DNA from: Myxococcales bacterium
GTDB lineage: Bacteria > Myxococcota > B64-G9
Direction: 5' to 3'
Length of the DNA stretch: 64,000 bases
Assembly: GCA_012798435.1 (NCBI GenBank)
Contig: JAAZNF010000085.1
Coordinates: 695 to 64,694, forward strand
The notes under the pieces are model-generated. The model made no database searches, was not told the origin of the DNA, and saw nothing but the letters and a program-made list of their open reading frames with translations. Position numbers and translations under genes: made by a program. Shown here piece after piece: positions 17,172 through 27,143 of this stretch. Within the stretch, counting starts at the first letter, position 1. Every line of letters starts with the position of its first letter.

Positions 17172-17900
17172 TCAGACCGCGGGCGGGGGCAGGCCTTCGC
17201 CGGTCGGGGCGTTGCCCGCGGATGCCGCGCCGGCGGGCGCACAAGCGACCCCGCGGTGGCGTCGGCCGATGAGGTGACTGATCAAGAGGCACAGCAGCAG
17301 GAAGGCCACCAGCAGCGCCAGGCTCCAGTAGCCGAGCTGCTCCATGGCATTGAGGATGCGGGCGATGCCACCGGCGAAGAAGTAGCCGACCAGTAAAAAC
17401 GGGATCCCGTGGAGCAGCACCACCGAGGTGTCTACCAGCCAGAATTTGAGGAAGGGGAAGTGCAAGAAGCCCGCCGCCATATAGGTGGGGGCGCGCGTGC
17501 CGAAGAAGAAGCGGCAGCCCACGATGGCCCACAACCCCTTGCGGTGCATCAGATCCTGGCTGCGCTGGAAGGAGCGCGAGCGGATCATGCGCTGCCCGAG
17601 GCGCGTGGTGCGCAACAGCCCGAGCACGCCGCGCCCCATCCAGTACTGGGTGTCGTTGGTGGCGATGACGCCGCCCAGGATGGCCAACGCGGTGGGGAGC
17701 GGCTCGAGCAAGCCGTGGGCCACGCAGGCGCCCCCGAGGAGGGTGAAGGCTTCCTCCGGCAAGGCCAGCGGGAAGATGGCCGAGAACCACACCACCAAGA
17801 ACAGGCCCAGGTGCGGATTCCCGGCGAAGGGGGTGAGGTATTGCTCGAAGAAGGTCTGGATGACGTCCACGCTGGTACCTCGACCCCGCGACCGGGGCAA
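17172..17900 (-). CDS. DedA/SNARE-associated (VTT domain) membrane protein
   Basis: Polytopic, with a DedA-type core (GACVAHGLLEPLPTALAILGGVIATNDTQYWMGRG, RFFFGTRAPTYMAAGF). Confidence 0.6.
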   Translation of the reverse strand: MPRSRGRGTSVDVIQTFFEQYLTPFAGNPHLGLFLVVWFSAIFPLALPEEAFTLLGGACVAHGLLEPLPTALAILGGVIATNDTQYWMGRGVLGLLRTTRLGQRMIRSRSFQRSQDLMHRKGLWAIVGCRFFFGTRAPTYMAAGFLHFPFLKFWLVDTSVVLLHGIPFLLVGYFFAGGIARILNAMEQLGYWSLALLVAFLLLCLLISHLIGRRHRGVACAPAGAASAGNAPTGEGLPPPAV

Positions 17901-19325
17901 TCAACCGTTTCTTCGGCCGCGAGTCAAGCGCGTTGAAAAGAGAAAGACCATCGCAGGAAGGAGGCCTCGGGGCCCGCCGGCTCCGGCGCAGCCGCAACCC
18001 GAGTCGTGGTCCACGATCTCCTCGCGGCACACTCCAGAGGTGCAGCGATGGGATGAGCCGCAGATGGTCTGATCCGGAACGGGCAGGTGGCGGCAACCCT
18101 CCCGGGGATCGCAGTCGTCCATGGTGCAGATCTCGGTGTCCTCGCAGGAGAGCTCCTGGCCCGGCTCGCACACGCCGGCGCGGCAGGTCTCCTCGCCGTT
18201 GCAGGCGTTCCCGTCGGGGCAGGGGGTTCCATCCGGCAGCGGCGAGAACACGCACCCCGCCAGCGGGTCGCACTCGTCTCGAGTGCAAAGCAATTCGTCC
18301 TGGCACACCAGCGGCGTGCCCGGCAGGCACACGTTCCCCTGGCAGATCTCCTCGCCGTTGCACACGTTGCCGTCCGAGCACGGGGCGCCGTCCATGACCG
18401 GGCGGCACACGCCCAGCGAGCCGGGGATGGCGCAGGAGTCGCAGGGCCGGTCGCAGGCGGTCTCGCAGCATGTGCCCCGGGCGCAGAACCCCGACTGGCA
18501 CTCCCAGCCCTCGCGGCAGGCCGAGCCCAGCTCTCCCGCGGCGTACTCCTCGACCCACTGCTGGAAGGCGTCGGCCTGGGTGCTGCACCCGAAGATGTGG
18601 CAACTCTGATCCCCGAAGGAGGTCACCCCGGCCACGTATTCTTTTCCATCGCGTTGGATGAGCGCCGGGCCGCCGCTGTCTCCGCTGCACGGGCCGCCCG
18701 GCTTCTGGTCCTGGCACATGTTGCGAGGTGCGGCCTGGGCGCCCGGAAACAGCGTGCAATAATCGGGCCCCGGACACAGCCAGCCCAGATCGTTGTCCAC
18801 CCGCAGCCGATCGCCGGTCTCGCCCGCCTCGTTCTCGCCGAACCCCACGAAGGTGAGCATCTTGCCCAGGTCGGCGCTGGTGAGTTGGAGGGATGCTGGC
18901 AGCACCGGGATGGGGTCGACGCCGGCCGGAGGGGGTTCGGAGAGGCGCAGCAGGGCCAGGTCGTTGACGGGAGGGCTCCAGGGATCCGGGGTGCCGGGAT
19001 CGTAGGCCGGGTGGATCTTGCCCTCGGCCACCCGGCGCTGAATGGCGCCGTCCATCTTCCAGCCGAAGTAGACGATGTAGTTCGCCGGGTCGGCGCCGTA
19101 CACGCAGTGGCCGGCGGTGAGGACCACCCGAGGTGTTACCAGAGTGCCCGAGCACAGCAGCGCCCCGTCGCTGATGGCCACCACCGCGCCGTGGGCCGGC
19201 GAACGATCGGGGATGCCGTTCATGATGGGCCGCGAGGAGCTGATGAACAGGGGCGCGTCATTCTGGGTGCAGGCGGAGGCCAGCAGCCACAACCATGCCA
19301 ACCAGGCGAAAGAAGGACTCGACAT
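17901..19325 (-). CDS. Secreted trypsin-like (S1) serine protease with Cys-rich repeat region and MYXO-CTERM-type tail
   Basis: Lipoprotein-type signal LLASAC. Catalytic triad motifs LTAGHC, DLALL and GDSGGP. C-terminal repeats of the form DGxPCxDGNxCNGEExC. Tail GCGCAGAGG, then a hydrophobic run, then RLTRGRR. Confidence 0.8.
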   Translation of the reverse strand: MSSPSFAWLAWLWLLASACTQNDAPLFISSSRPIMNGIPDRSPAHGAVVAISDGALLCSGTLVTPRVVLTAGHCVYGADPANYIVYFGWKMDGAIQRRVAEGKIHPAYDPGTPDPWSPPVNDLALLRLSEPPPAGVDPIPVLPASLQLTSADLGKMLTFVGFGENEAGETGDRLRVDNDLGWLCPGPDYCTLFPGAQAAPRNMCQDQKPGGPCSGDSGGPALIQRDGKEYVAGVTSFGDQSCHIFGCSTQADAFQQWVEEYAAGELGSACREGWECQSGFCARGTCCETACDRPCDSCAIPGSLGVCRPVMDGAPCSDGNVCNGEEICQGNVCLPGTPLVCQDELLCTRDECDPLAGCVFSPLPDGTPCPDGNACNGEETCRAGVCEPGQELSCEDTEICTMDDCDPREGCRHLPVPDQTICGSSHRCTSGVCREEIVDHDSGCGCAGAGGPRGLLPAMVFLFSTRLTRGRRNG

Positions 19326-19729
19326 CCAGCACCCATCCTGCCCCCGCGGACAAATCCAAAATACCACCCGGGCCGCGGGCGGACAATGCTCATCTTGAAG
19401 AAATCAGGCCATCGGCCGAAACCTCCGGCAAAGAAAAGCGGAAAAGACCCTGGAAAAGCGCTGACAATAGAAGGGATAAGGCGAAGGAGAAGGGGAGGAT
19501 AATTCGAAGAAATTCGCGGACAAGGAACATCACTCGAATTCTTTGCTTTTCCCTTCCGTAGGTTTTTTGTGGTTTTTCTTATGAGCTAGTTTTCGCGGGA
19601 TTTTTTGCCAGAAAGACATCCCGGAGATTTCGCGCGGCCGCTTGGCCCTTGCCCGCCGGGGCCAGATCACGCAGAATACCCTCCGGGCCGGACCGGCGGC
19701 CCGAACGACGGGGAGGAGGAGAGAGAGAC

Positions 19730-22579
19730 ATGACGCGCCGTGGCTGGTCGATGCTGGCGATGGTGGTCCTGTGCCTGGCCGCGCTCCCCGCCGGGGCGGT
19801 GCCGGCGCCGCCGTTCCCCATTCAGCTCCAGCAGCCCGACGGGAGCTCGTTCACGGGCTACCTGCGGGGCGACGAGTTCTTGTCCTGGGCCGAGGACATG
19901 CTGGGGTACTCCCTGGTGCGCGACCCGACCGACGGCTTTCTGCGCTACGCCGTCCAGGGCCCGGACGGGAACCTCATCCCCACGGTGTACCTGCCGGGGA
20001 AGGACGACCCGCGCCGCTTGCCGCTGGTCCCCGGGACCAGGCCATCCAAGGAGGCCATCCGCCGGGTGGTGGACTACAAGCGTACGCTGCTTGCGCCCAA
20101 GGCGCCGGGCGCCAAGTGGTCGGGCGACATCCCCAACCTGGTCATCCTGGTCAAGTTCTCCAACCAGACCAGCCACTTCACCAAGGCCCAGTTCGACCCG
20201 ATCATGAACGGAAGCGCAGGCTCGGTGAAGGCATACTACCGCGAGATCTCCTACAACGCCTGGAACATCAACTCCACCATCACCGACTGGATCTCGCTGT
20301 CCCGCGAGGACCAGTACTACGCCTACAACAGCCAGTACCCCTACGGCCACCCCGAGGAGATGATTCGTGAGGCGATCACCTACCTCAACGGGCAGAACTT
20401 CGACTTCACCCGCTTCGACAGCAACCACGACGGCGTCATCGACGCGGTAGACGTGATCCACTCCGGCTACGGCTACGAATACTCCAACAACCAGGCCCAC
20501 ATCCACTCGCACTTCGCCTACCTGTCCTGGACCGGTAGCGAGATCACCACCCACGACGGCATCCGCATCGTAGCCTACCACACCGAGCCCGAGTACCGAT
20601 CGGACATGACCAACATCACCCAGATCGGCGTCATCGTCCACGAGTCGGGGCACTTCTTCGGGCTGCCGGATCTCTACGACTACGACTACGACTCGGGCGG
20701 GGTGGGCTTGTGGTGCCTGATGTCCGGCGGGCCCTGGGCCGGCCCCAACATGGATGGCACCGTGCCCACCCACCTTTCGGCCTGGGGCAAGTACCAGCTG
20801 GGCATGGCGCAGCCGACCTGGATCCAGAGCACCGCCACCGGGCAGACCCTCCCCCCGGTCGAGAGCAACTCCAACATGATCCGGGTGAACTACCAGATGC
20901 CCGTAAACCAGTACTTCCTCCTGGAGAACCGCCAGAAGACGGGCTTCGACGCCTACCTCCCCGCGAGCGGCCTGCTCATCTACCACGTGGACGATGGCCA
21001 GTCCGACAACAACAACCAGAACCGCTACCTGGTGGACGTGGAGCAGGCCGACGGCCTGCGCCAGCTCAACACCGATCCGTACAACTGGGGCGACAGTGGC
21101 GATCCCTGGCCGTACGGCAGCAACACCAGTTTCGGCCCGAGCACCACGCCCAACACCAAGGCCTACGGGGCCAGCACCTCGCAGATCACCATCGGAAACA
21201 TCCAGCGCTCGGGCTCCAACATGACCTTCGACGTGGTACTGGGAAGCTCCACCGGGAGCTACCTCTCGCTCAACCCGGCCCAGCTCTCCTTTTCCGGTAG
21301 CGAAGGCGGCGCGGCTCCGGCCTCACAGAGCATCCAGGTGGCCCACCAGGGCACCTCGGCCCTGTCATGGACCGCTCAGAGCCAGGCCGCCTGGGTCACG
21401 GTGAGCCCGACCTCGGGCACCACCCCCGGCTCGGCCAGCATCTCGGTGAACCTCTCTGGTCTCGCCGCCGGAAACTACGAGGGACGGGTGCGCTTCAGCG
21501 CGCCCGCCGCGCTCAACTCGCCCCAGGATCTCGTGGTGCGCTTGCAGGTCAACGCCAACCCGGTGGTCATCGCGGTTGCGCCCTCCCGGCTCGACTTCAG
21601 CGCGCCGCAGGGCAGCAACGCCACCCCGCAGTCCGTGAACGTGACCAACGCCGGCGGCGGCGTGCTCAACTGGACCATCGAGGCCGAGGGGAGCTGGTAC
21701 AACCTGTCGGCCTTTCAAGGCCAGGCCCCGAGCCAGGTGACGGTGAGCCCCATGTCGGCCGGTCTCTCGGTGGGGACCTACCCCGGCGCGCTGGTGTTCA
21801 AGGCGCCCGGCGCCGCCGACGTGCGGCTGCCCATGACGCTCACCGTGAACACCAGCGCCGAGCTGTCGGTGGACCCGCGCGCGCTCACCTTCCAGACGGT
21901 GGTGGGCGGCGCCGTCACGCCCGCGCAGCGGCTCTCGGTGCTCAACCTGGGGACCGGGAGCATGGACTGGACCGCCTACTGCACTCCCGCCTGGCTGCTT
22001 TGCGATCCGGTGGCGGGCAGCGGCAACGGCGTAGTCCAGGTGCGCGCCGATCCTTCCGGCATGCCCGAGGGAGGCTACCAGGGCCGCATCCTGGTGACCG
22101 CCCCCGGCGCCGCGGGCAGCCCGATCGAGATCCCGGTCCAGCTGCTGGTGCAGAAATTGATGTCTCCGACGGCGCCGGTTCCGCTCAGCCCGGTGGGCGG
22201 GGCCGAGGTCCCCGACGCGCAGCCGGAGCTCACGCTGCAGAACGCTACCGATCCCGGCGGATTTCCGCTCAGCTACGTCTTCGAGGTCTACCCCGCGGGC
22301 GGCGCCACGCCGGTGTGGGTGAGCGATCCGGTGCCCGAGGGCGCGGGCGGTATCACCTCGGTCATCACCGAGAAGCTCGATTCGCAGGCCACCTACGAAT
22401 GGCGCGTCCAGGCCCAGAACAGCCAGGGCCTGTCCGGGCCGTTCTGCGAGCGCGCCGTGTTCAGCGTGACCGCCTCCTCGGGCGCCGGCTGCTCCTGCGG
22501 GACGAGCGGCGGCGGGGCGCTCTCGCTGCTCGTACTTGCGCCGCTGATTTTCCTCGGGCGCCGGCGTTCTCGGCGCTGA
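19730..22579 (+). CDS. M6-family (immune inhibitor A-like) zinc metalloprotease with multiple Ig/BACON-like beta-sandwich domains and MYXO-CTERM tail
   Basis: Signal peptide, then HESGHFFGLPDLYDYD (HExxH plus DxY, M6-like). Repeated roughly 100 aa domains follow (LSLNPAQLSFSG..., VAPSRLDFSA..., LSVDPRALTFQ...). The C-terminus is CSCGTSGGGALSLLVLAPLIFLGRRRSRR. An RBS GGAGGAGGA lies upstream. Confidence 0.75.
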   Translation: MTRRGWSMLAMVVLCLAALPAGAVPAPPFPIQLQQPDGSSFTGYLRGDEFLSWAEDMLGYSLVRDPTDGFLRYAVQGPDGNLIPTVYLPGKDDPRRLPLVPGTRPSKEAIRRVVDYKRTLLAPKAPGAKWSGDIPNLVILVKFSNQTSHFTKAQFDPIMNGSAGSVKAYYREISYNAWNINSTITDWISLSREDQYYAYNSQYPYGHPEEMIREAITYLNGQNFDFTRFDSNHDGVIDAVDVIHSGYGYEYSNNQAHIHSHFAYLSWTGSEITTHDGIRIVAYHTEPEYRSDMTNITQIGVIVHESGHFFGLPDLYDYDYDSGGVGLWCLMSGGPWAGPNMDGTVPTHLSAWGKYQLGMAQPTWIQSTATGQTLPPVESNSNMIRVNYQMPVNQYFLLENRQKTGFDAYLPASGLLIYHVDDGQSDNNNQNRYLVDVEQADGLRQLNTDPYNWGDSGDPWPYGSNTSFGPSTTPNTKAYGASTSQITIGNIQRSGSNMTFDVVLGSSTGSYLSLNPAQLSFSGSEGGAAPASQSIQVAHQGTSALSWTAQSQAAWVTVSPTSGTTPGSASISVNLSGLAAGNYEGRVRFSAPAALNSPQDLVVRLQVNANPVVIAVAPSRLDFSAPQGSNATPQSVNVTNAGGGVLNWTIEAEGSWYNLSAFQGQAPSQVTVSPMSAGLSVGTYPGALVFKAPGAADVRLPMTLTVNTSAELSVDPRALTFQTVVGGAVTPAQRLSVLNLGTGSMDWTAYCTPAWLLCDPVAGSGNGVVQVRADPSGMPEGGYQGRILVTAPGAAGSPIEIPVQLLVQKLMSPTAPVPLSPVGGAEVPDAQPELTLQNATDPGGFPLSYVFEVYPAGGATPVWVSDPVPEGAGGITSVITEKLDSQATYEWRVQAQNSQGLSGPFCERAVFSVTASSGAGCSCGTSGGGALSLLVLAPLIFLGRRRSRR

Positions 22580-22613
22580 ACCCCCTCTTCAGGAGACGCC
22601 CGCGTCCGCCGGC

Positions 22614-23627
22614 ATGCCCATCGCGCAGCCCATCGAAGCCGCAAGCGCACCCCTCCCCCGACGCCGGAACATCTCGCGGCTGCGCTTGCTTGTCCAACTC
22701 CTGTCCTTCGCGGTCTTGCTCTACGGCGGGTTTGCCCTGGTGGGCCTGCCGGGCGGCGGGGCGGGCGAGTCGGGCGAGTCGGGCGTGAAGCTGGTGAGCC
22801 ACGAGAAGAGCGCCACCCGGCTCTACCTCCCGGCCACGGTGTGCATCTACCAGCGGCAGGGGCTGTGCCGCGGCTGCGGCCTGTTCCTGCTCTCGGACAC
22901 CCTCAGCTACTGGCCGCTCTTCGAACAGGCGCTGCCCTGGCTGCTCATCCTGACGGGGCTGCTCCTGCTGGGCGCGCGCGTGTGGTGCGGCTGGGTGTGC
23001 CCGCTGGGGTTGCTCTCCGACCTGATGACCCGGCTGCGCGAGGGCCTGGGTTTCGCGCGGCTGCGCCCGTCGCCACGCCTGCGGCGCGGGCTGGTGGTGA
23101 CCAAGTACGTGCTCTTGTTCTCCGCGCTCGGGATCGCCGCCCTGGCCTCGCTGCCGGCCATGGAGTCGGCGCGCTCGAGCCTCTCGGAGCCTTTCTGCCG
23201 CATCTGTCCGGCGCGGGTGTTCACCCCCTTGCTCACCTTCGACCCCATCTGCTGGACCGATACCACCGACGCCATCACCATGAGCTTCTCCGTCCTCGGC
23301 CTCATCGCCTTCGGCCTGTACTTCGCCGGTCTACTGGTGCGGCGTTTCTGGTGCCGGCTGTGCCCGGTGGCGGCCATCAGCGTGCCCTTCAACCGTACCG
23401 GCCTTCTGGGCCTGCACAAGGACGGCGGCCGCTGCACCCACTGCGGCGCCTGCCGGCGGGTGTGCCCCATGGACATCCAGCGGGTGTACCGGGCGCGGGG
23501 GCGCGATATGGTGACCGACTACGAGTGCACCCTGTGCCTGCGCTGCGTGGAGGCCTGTCCCGAGGAGGACTGCCTGCAGTTCTTGTATCTGGGAAAACCC
23601 GTGGCGAGGTCGGGCCTTCGTGAATGA
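22614..23627 (+). CDS. NapH/MauN-type membrane polyferredoxin (two 4Fe-4S motifs)
   Basis: Four TM helices containing CGWVCPLG and CRLCP motifs, then CTHCGACRRVCP and CTLCLRCVEACP ferredoxin motifs. Confidence 0.65.
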   Translation: MPIAQPIEAASAPLPRRRNISRLRLLVQLLSFAVLLYGGFALVGLPGGGAGESGESGVKLVSHEKSATRLYLPATVCIYQRQGLCRGCGLFLLSDTLSYWPLFEQALPWLLILTGLLLLGARVWCGWVCPLGLLSDLMTRLREGLGFARLRPSPRLRRGLVVTKYVLLFSALGIAALASLPAMESARSSLSEPFCRICPARVFTPLLTFDPICWTDTTDAITMSFSVLGLIAFGLYFAGLLVRRFWCRLCPVAAISVPFNRTGLLGLHKDGGRCTHCGACRRVCPMDIQRVYRARGRDMVTDYECTLCLRCVEACPEEDCLQFLYLGKPVARSGLRE

Positions 23628-24789
23628 AAAGAACACAGGGCCGGGTCGGACAACCCCCGCGGGTATGAAAGCCTTCGACGACTTTCTGCGGGACGGCTGG
23701 GCCCTCCGCCCGACCGAGGGAGATCGGCCGCTCGTGATCCAGCTTTGCGATTTCGCGCCCGAAGAGCTGCTGCGAGCCGTCGGTGCGCGCGCCGTGCGCC
23801 TCTCCTCCGGGTGCCGCCGCTGCGCCGAGCGGGTGAGCGCCGACCTGCCGCTCGACATGTGCGGCGCGGCGCGGGCGGCGGCGGGCGAGCTCAAGGAGGC
23901 GCTGGAGGCCGGCGTCCGGCCCGAGCTTCTGATCGTGCCCATCACCTGCGACGCCCAGCGCCGACTGGCCCGGTGGCTTTCCGGAAAGGTCGAGGTCTTC
24001 TTGCTGGAGCCGCCCTTCGCGCGGGACGAGGGGGGGATCGAACGCTGGGTGCGGCAGATTGGGGCCCTGGCGCGCCGGCTCTCGCGTATCGCCCCGCTCA
24101 CGCGCGCAGCGCTGCGGCGTGCCATCGAGGAGCGCAACCGGAGCGTGCTGCTGGCCCGGCGGCTGCAGGACTTTTTGCGCCTGGCGGCTCCGCCCATCCA
24201 CGGGCTGGACGTGATCCGGGTCCTTCAGGCCAGCCAGCGCATGGAGCCGGAGGCGTGGCGGGCGCGGCTGGCCGAGCTCATCGAGGAGCTGGCGAGGCCT
24301 GGCGATCCCGTTGCAGCGGGGAGGGCCCGGTTGCTCCTCGCCGGCTCGCCCGGGGCCTGGCCCGACCTCAAACTAGGAGAACTGATCCGGGAGAGCGGCG
24401 CCGATCTGGTCGCCGACATGACTTGTTCCGGCGGCAACATCCTGGGAAGTCCGACGGTGCTCGACGAGACCACCCTGGAGGGCATGATCCGGGCGGCGGC
24501 GGAGCGGACGCTGCTCCCGTGCGTATGCCCCATCTTCGACTCGATGAGCGAGCGGCTGGACCGCCTGGCGCGCTTGGTAGCGGACTTCCGGGTGGAGGGC
24601 GTGGTCCACCATACCCTGCGGCTGTGCCTGCCCTGCGACGGCGAGATCCCGGCCCTGGCCGCCTGGTGCCGGGAGCGCGATCTGCCGTTTCTGTCGCTGC
24701 GCTCGGATCTGGGGCCAGAAGAGAGCGGGGGGCTGCGCAACCGCCTCGAGGCCTTCCTGGAGGTCATTGCCGCCGCGCGCGGCGCTTGA
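23620..24789 (+). CDS. 2-hydroxyacyl-CoA dehydratase (HgdB/BcrC-like, HGD-D family) Fe-S protein; tentative
   Basis: Size and Cys spacing (ITCDAQ, MTCSGGN, LPCVCPIF, RLCLPCDG) recall the HGD-D family. Overlaps the polyferredoxin gene by 8 nt. Confidence 0.4.
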   Translation: MNEKNTGPGRTTPAGMKAFDDFLRDGWALRPTEGDRPLVIQLCDFAPEELLRAVGARAVRLSSGCRRCAERVSADLPLDMCGAARAAAGELKEALEAGVRPELLIVPITCDAQRRLARWLSGKVEVFLLEPPFARDEGGIERWVRQIGALARRLSRIAPLTRAALRRAIEERNRSVLLARRLQDFLRLAAPPIHGLDVIRVLQASQRMEPEAWRARLAELIEELARPGDPVAAGRARLLLAGSPGAWPDLKLGELIRESGADLVADMTCSGGNILGSPTVLDETTLEGMIRAAAERTLLPCVCPIFDSMSERLDRLARLVADFRVEGVVHHTLRLCLPCDGEIPALAAWCRERDLPFLSLRSDLGPEESGGLRNRLEAFLEVIAAARGA

Positions 24790-25276
24790 GGTGGGCGCCC
24801 AGCAACAGCAGCGCCCCGACCGGCAGAAGCCCGATCACCGCCAGCAGGAGCGTGCGGCGCGCCGGGGAGGCGGTCTTCACCTTGACCGTGCCGACGTCGA
24901 TGAAGTCGCCGGTCTCCAGGCTCGCCCCCGGCGTGGCATCGACCAGCAGATCGAAGCGCCGAAGCTCGCCACGGTTTGCGCTGGTGATGGAGATCGTCGC
25001 CGGAAAGCGCCGGGCCTGCGTCTCCGGGCGGCGCATCACCGTGACCGAGAAACTGAAGCGGTCGCCGGGCTCTACCCGCGGGATCGTCGCCGGCGTGGCG
25101 CTGCCGTCGCAACTTTCGGCCTGGACCAGCAGGCGCACGTCCAGGAGCGGGTAGGGGAGGGTGTTGCGCCCCAGGATCTCGATCGAGCGGGCCTGGCCCG
25201 TCAGGGGAATGACGCCGCGCTCCGGGATCACCGAGATCGAGAACCAGCCGAGCCACAGGGCCAAGATTACCGACAT
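24764..25276 (-). CDS. Small membrane protein with N- and C-terminal TM helices flanking an extracytoplasmic domain
   Basis: TM at residues 5-20 and near LLLAVIGLLPVGALLLLGAHL, with a basic tail RRARRQ. Lies 10 nt downstream of the ankyrin gene. Confidence 0.4.
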   Translation of the reverse strand: MSVILALWLGWFSISVIPERGVIPLTGQARSIEILGRNTLPYPLLDVRLLVQAESCDGSATPATIPRVEPGDRFSFSVTVMRRPETQARRFPATISITSANRGELRRFDLLVDATPGASLETGDFIDVGTVKVKTASPARRTLLLAVIGLLPVGALLLLGAHLKRRARRQ

Positions 25277-25286
25277 GGCGGTGGCC

Positions 25287-26099
25287 TCAAGGCGGTGGGA
25301 CGACCATCTGCATGGGCGTCCGTCCGCTGTGATCGCGGGCCATCACGTTGGCACCGGCCTGGATGAGGGCATCGGCCACGTCCGGCGTCGCGGCCAGGTG
25401 GAAGGGCGTCATGCCGCGCTCGTCTTGCGCTTCCAACTCGGCTCCGGCCCGCAGCAGGAGGCGCACGATCTCCGGGTGGGCCGCCTCGTGCAGCGGCGTC
25501 AGCCCGTAGCGGTTGCGCGCGTTGGGATCGGCCCCGGCGGCCAGCAGCCGGCGGGCGGCCTCCAGCTGGCCCGCCAGCGCCGCCCAGTGGAGGGGTGTCA
25601 TGCCGTTTCGCGTCGGCGCGGACACGTTGGCGCCGCGCTCGAGCAGAAAACGCAGCATGTCCGACTGCCCCCGGATGGCCGCGCAGTGGAGCGGGGTGAA
25701 CCCTGGCCGGCTGGTCGCCTCCAGCTCGGCCCCGCTCTCGAGCAGCAGCTCGGCCACCCGCGGATCCGCGGCCAGGTGGAGAGGTGTAAATCCCAGCTCG
25801 TCGGCCGCGCCGGGAGGCTCCCCGGCGTCGAGCAACACCCGGGCCGCCGCCGCTGAGCGCGCCAGGTGGAGCGGCGACAGCCCGAAGGGCCCGCGGCGCT
25901 CCGCTTTGCTCCCGGACAGCTCGCGGGTCAGCTCGTCCAGGTCGCCCCGCCAGGCGGCGCGGTGGAGTGCGGGAAGCTCGTCCAGCGTCGGCGCGCGCGG
26001 GTAGAAGTCGAACGGCAGCATTTCCGGGGAGCCGCAGGCCGAAACGGCAGCCAGCAGCAGCAGCGGCGGGAAGCGAGAGAGGAGGGACGCGGGGTTCAC
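25287..26099 (-). CDS. Ankyrin-repeat lipoprotein
   Basis: Lipobox LLAAVSACGS, followed by at least six ankyrin repeats (G-TPLH-AA....-LL-GA). Confidence 0.8.
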   Translation of the reverse strand: MNPASLLSRFPPLLLLAAVSACGSPEMLPFDFYPRAPTLDELPALHRAAWRGDLDELTRELSGSKAERRGPFGLSPLHLARSAAAARVLLDAGEPPGAADELGFTPLHLAADPRVAELLLESGAELEATSRPGFTPLHCAAIRGQSDMLRFLLERGANVSAPTRNGMTPLHWAALAGQLEAARRLLAAGADPNARNRYGLTPLHEAAHPEIVRLLLRAGAELEAQDERGMTPFHLAATPDVADALIQAGANVMARDHSGRTPMQMVVPPP

Positions 26100-27077
26100 T
26101 CAGTAGGCCACCAGGGTGGTGCCCTCCTTGCCTTCCAGCGCCGCGGGGATGCTCTCGATGTCGGTGATGATGACCCGGTTCTTGGGGTCGGCCTGGATGA
26201 ACTCGATGGCGGCCTGGATCTTCGGCCCCATGGAGCCGGGCGGGAATTCCCCGGCCTGCAAGTAGTAGCGCGCCTCGGCCAGCGTCATGCGAGGGAACTC
26301 CTTCTGGTCGGGTTTGCCGAAGCGCACCGCCACCTTCTTGACGCCGGTGACGATCACCAGGGTGCGGGCGCCCACCGACAGGGCGATCTTCATGGTGGCC
26401 AGATCCTTGTCGATCACGCAGTCCATGCCCTCGATGGTGCCGTCCTTCTCGTAGAACACCGGGATGCCGCAGCCGCCGCCGGTGATGACCACGTAGCCCT
26501 GGCCGATCAGGCTGCGGATGGCCTCCTTCTCGATGATGTCCAGCGGGTAGGGCGAGGCCACGTAGCGCCGCCAGCCGCGCCCGGCGTCCTCTTTGAGGAT
26601 CCAGCCCTTGGTCCGGGCCAGCGCCTTGGCCTCCTCGGCGCTGTAGAACTTGCCGATGGGCTTGGTGGGATCCTGGATGGCCGGGTCGTGCGGATCCACT
26701 ACCACCTGCACCGGCAGGGTCACCACGTTGCGCCAGATGCCGGCGCGGATCATCATGTTCTGCAGGCACTGCTCCAACATGTAGCCGATGGAGCCGCAGG
26801 TCATGGCGTCGGCCACCCCGAGCGGGGTCTCCGGCACCTCGTCCTTGGCCTTGTCCACCATCAGCATCACCGCCCCCACCTGGGGGCCGTTGCCGTGGGT
26901 GATGATGAAGTTGAAGCCCTTCTGGAGCAGGTTCACCACCGGGCCCATGCTGGCGCGGGCGTTGGCGAACTGCTCGTGGATGTCGCCCTTCTGGCCTTTC
27001 TTGTGCAGGGCGTTGCCGCCCAGGGCCAGTACGATGAGGTGTTCCGGGTTGATCGCTTGAGACTGTGGCTTGTGCAT
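26100..27077 (-). CDS. arcC: Carbamate kinase
   Basis: LALGGNAL, ITHGNGPQVG, KEDAGRGWRRVV-like segment, GGGGIPV, and PGSMGPKIQAAIEF; collinear with E. coli ArcC across its full length. Confidence 0.85.
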   Translation of the reverse strand: MHKPQSQAINPEHLIVLALGGNALHKKGQKGDIHEQFANARASMGPVVNLLQKGFNFIITHGNGPQVGAVMLMVDKAKDEVPETPLGVADAMTCGSIGYMLEQCLQNMMIRAGIWRNVVTLPVQVVVDPHDPAIQDPTKPIGKFYSAEEAKALARTKGWILKEDAGRGWRRYVASPYPLDIIEKEAIRSLIGQGYVVITGGGCGIPVFYEKDGTIEGMDCVIDKDLATMKIALSVGARTLVIVTGVKKVAVRFGKPDQKEFPRMTLAEARYYLQAGEFPPGSMGPKIQAAIEFIQADPKNRVIITDIESIPAALEGKEGTTLVAY

Positions 27078-27143
27078 GGCGAACCTCCGAAGCCCCCAGT
27101 GTAGCCAAATCCAAGGTCCGGATCACGTTTTTTGCCGGGGGCC

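Noticed and set aside
15127-19502. Antisense ORFs over prpD, dedA and the S1 protease (15127..16722 -, 15349..16368 +, 16050..17396 +, 16807..19155 -, 18087..19502 +)
   Set aside because: Same GC-driven artefacts. The called genes carry family motifs (GDSGGP etc.).
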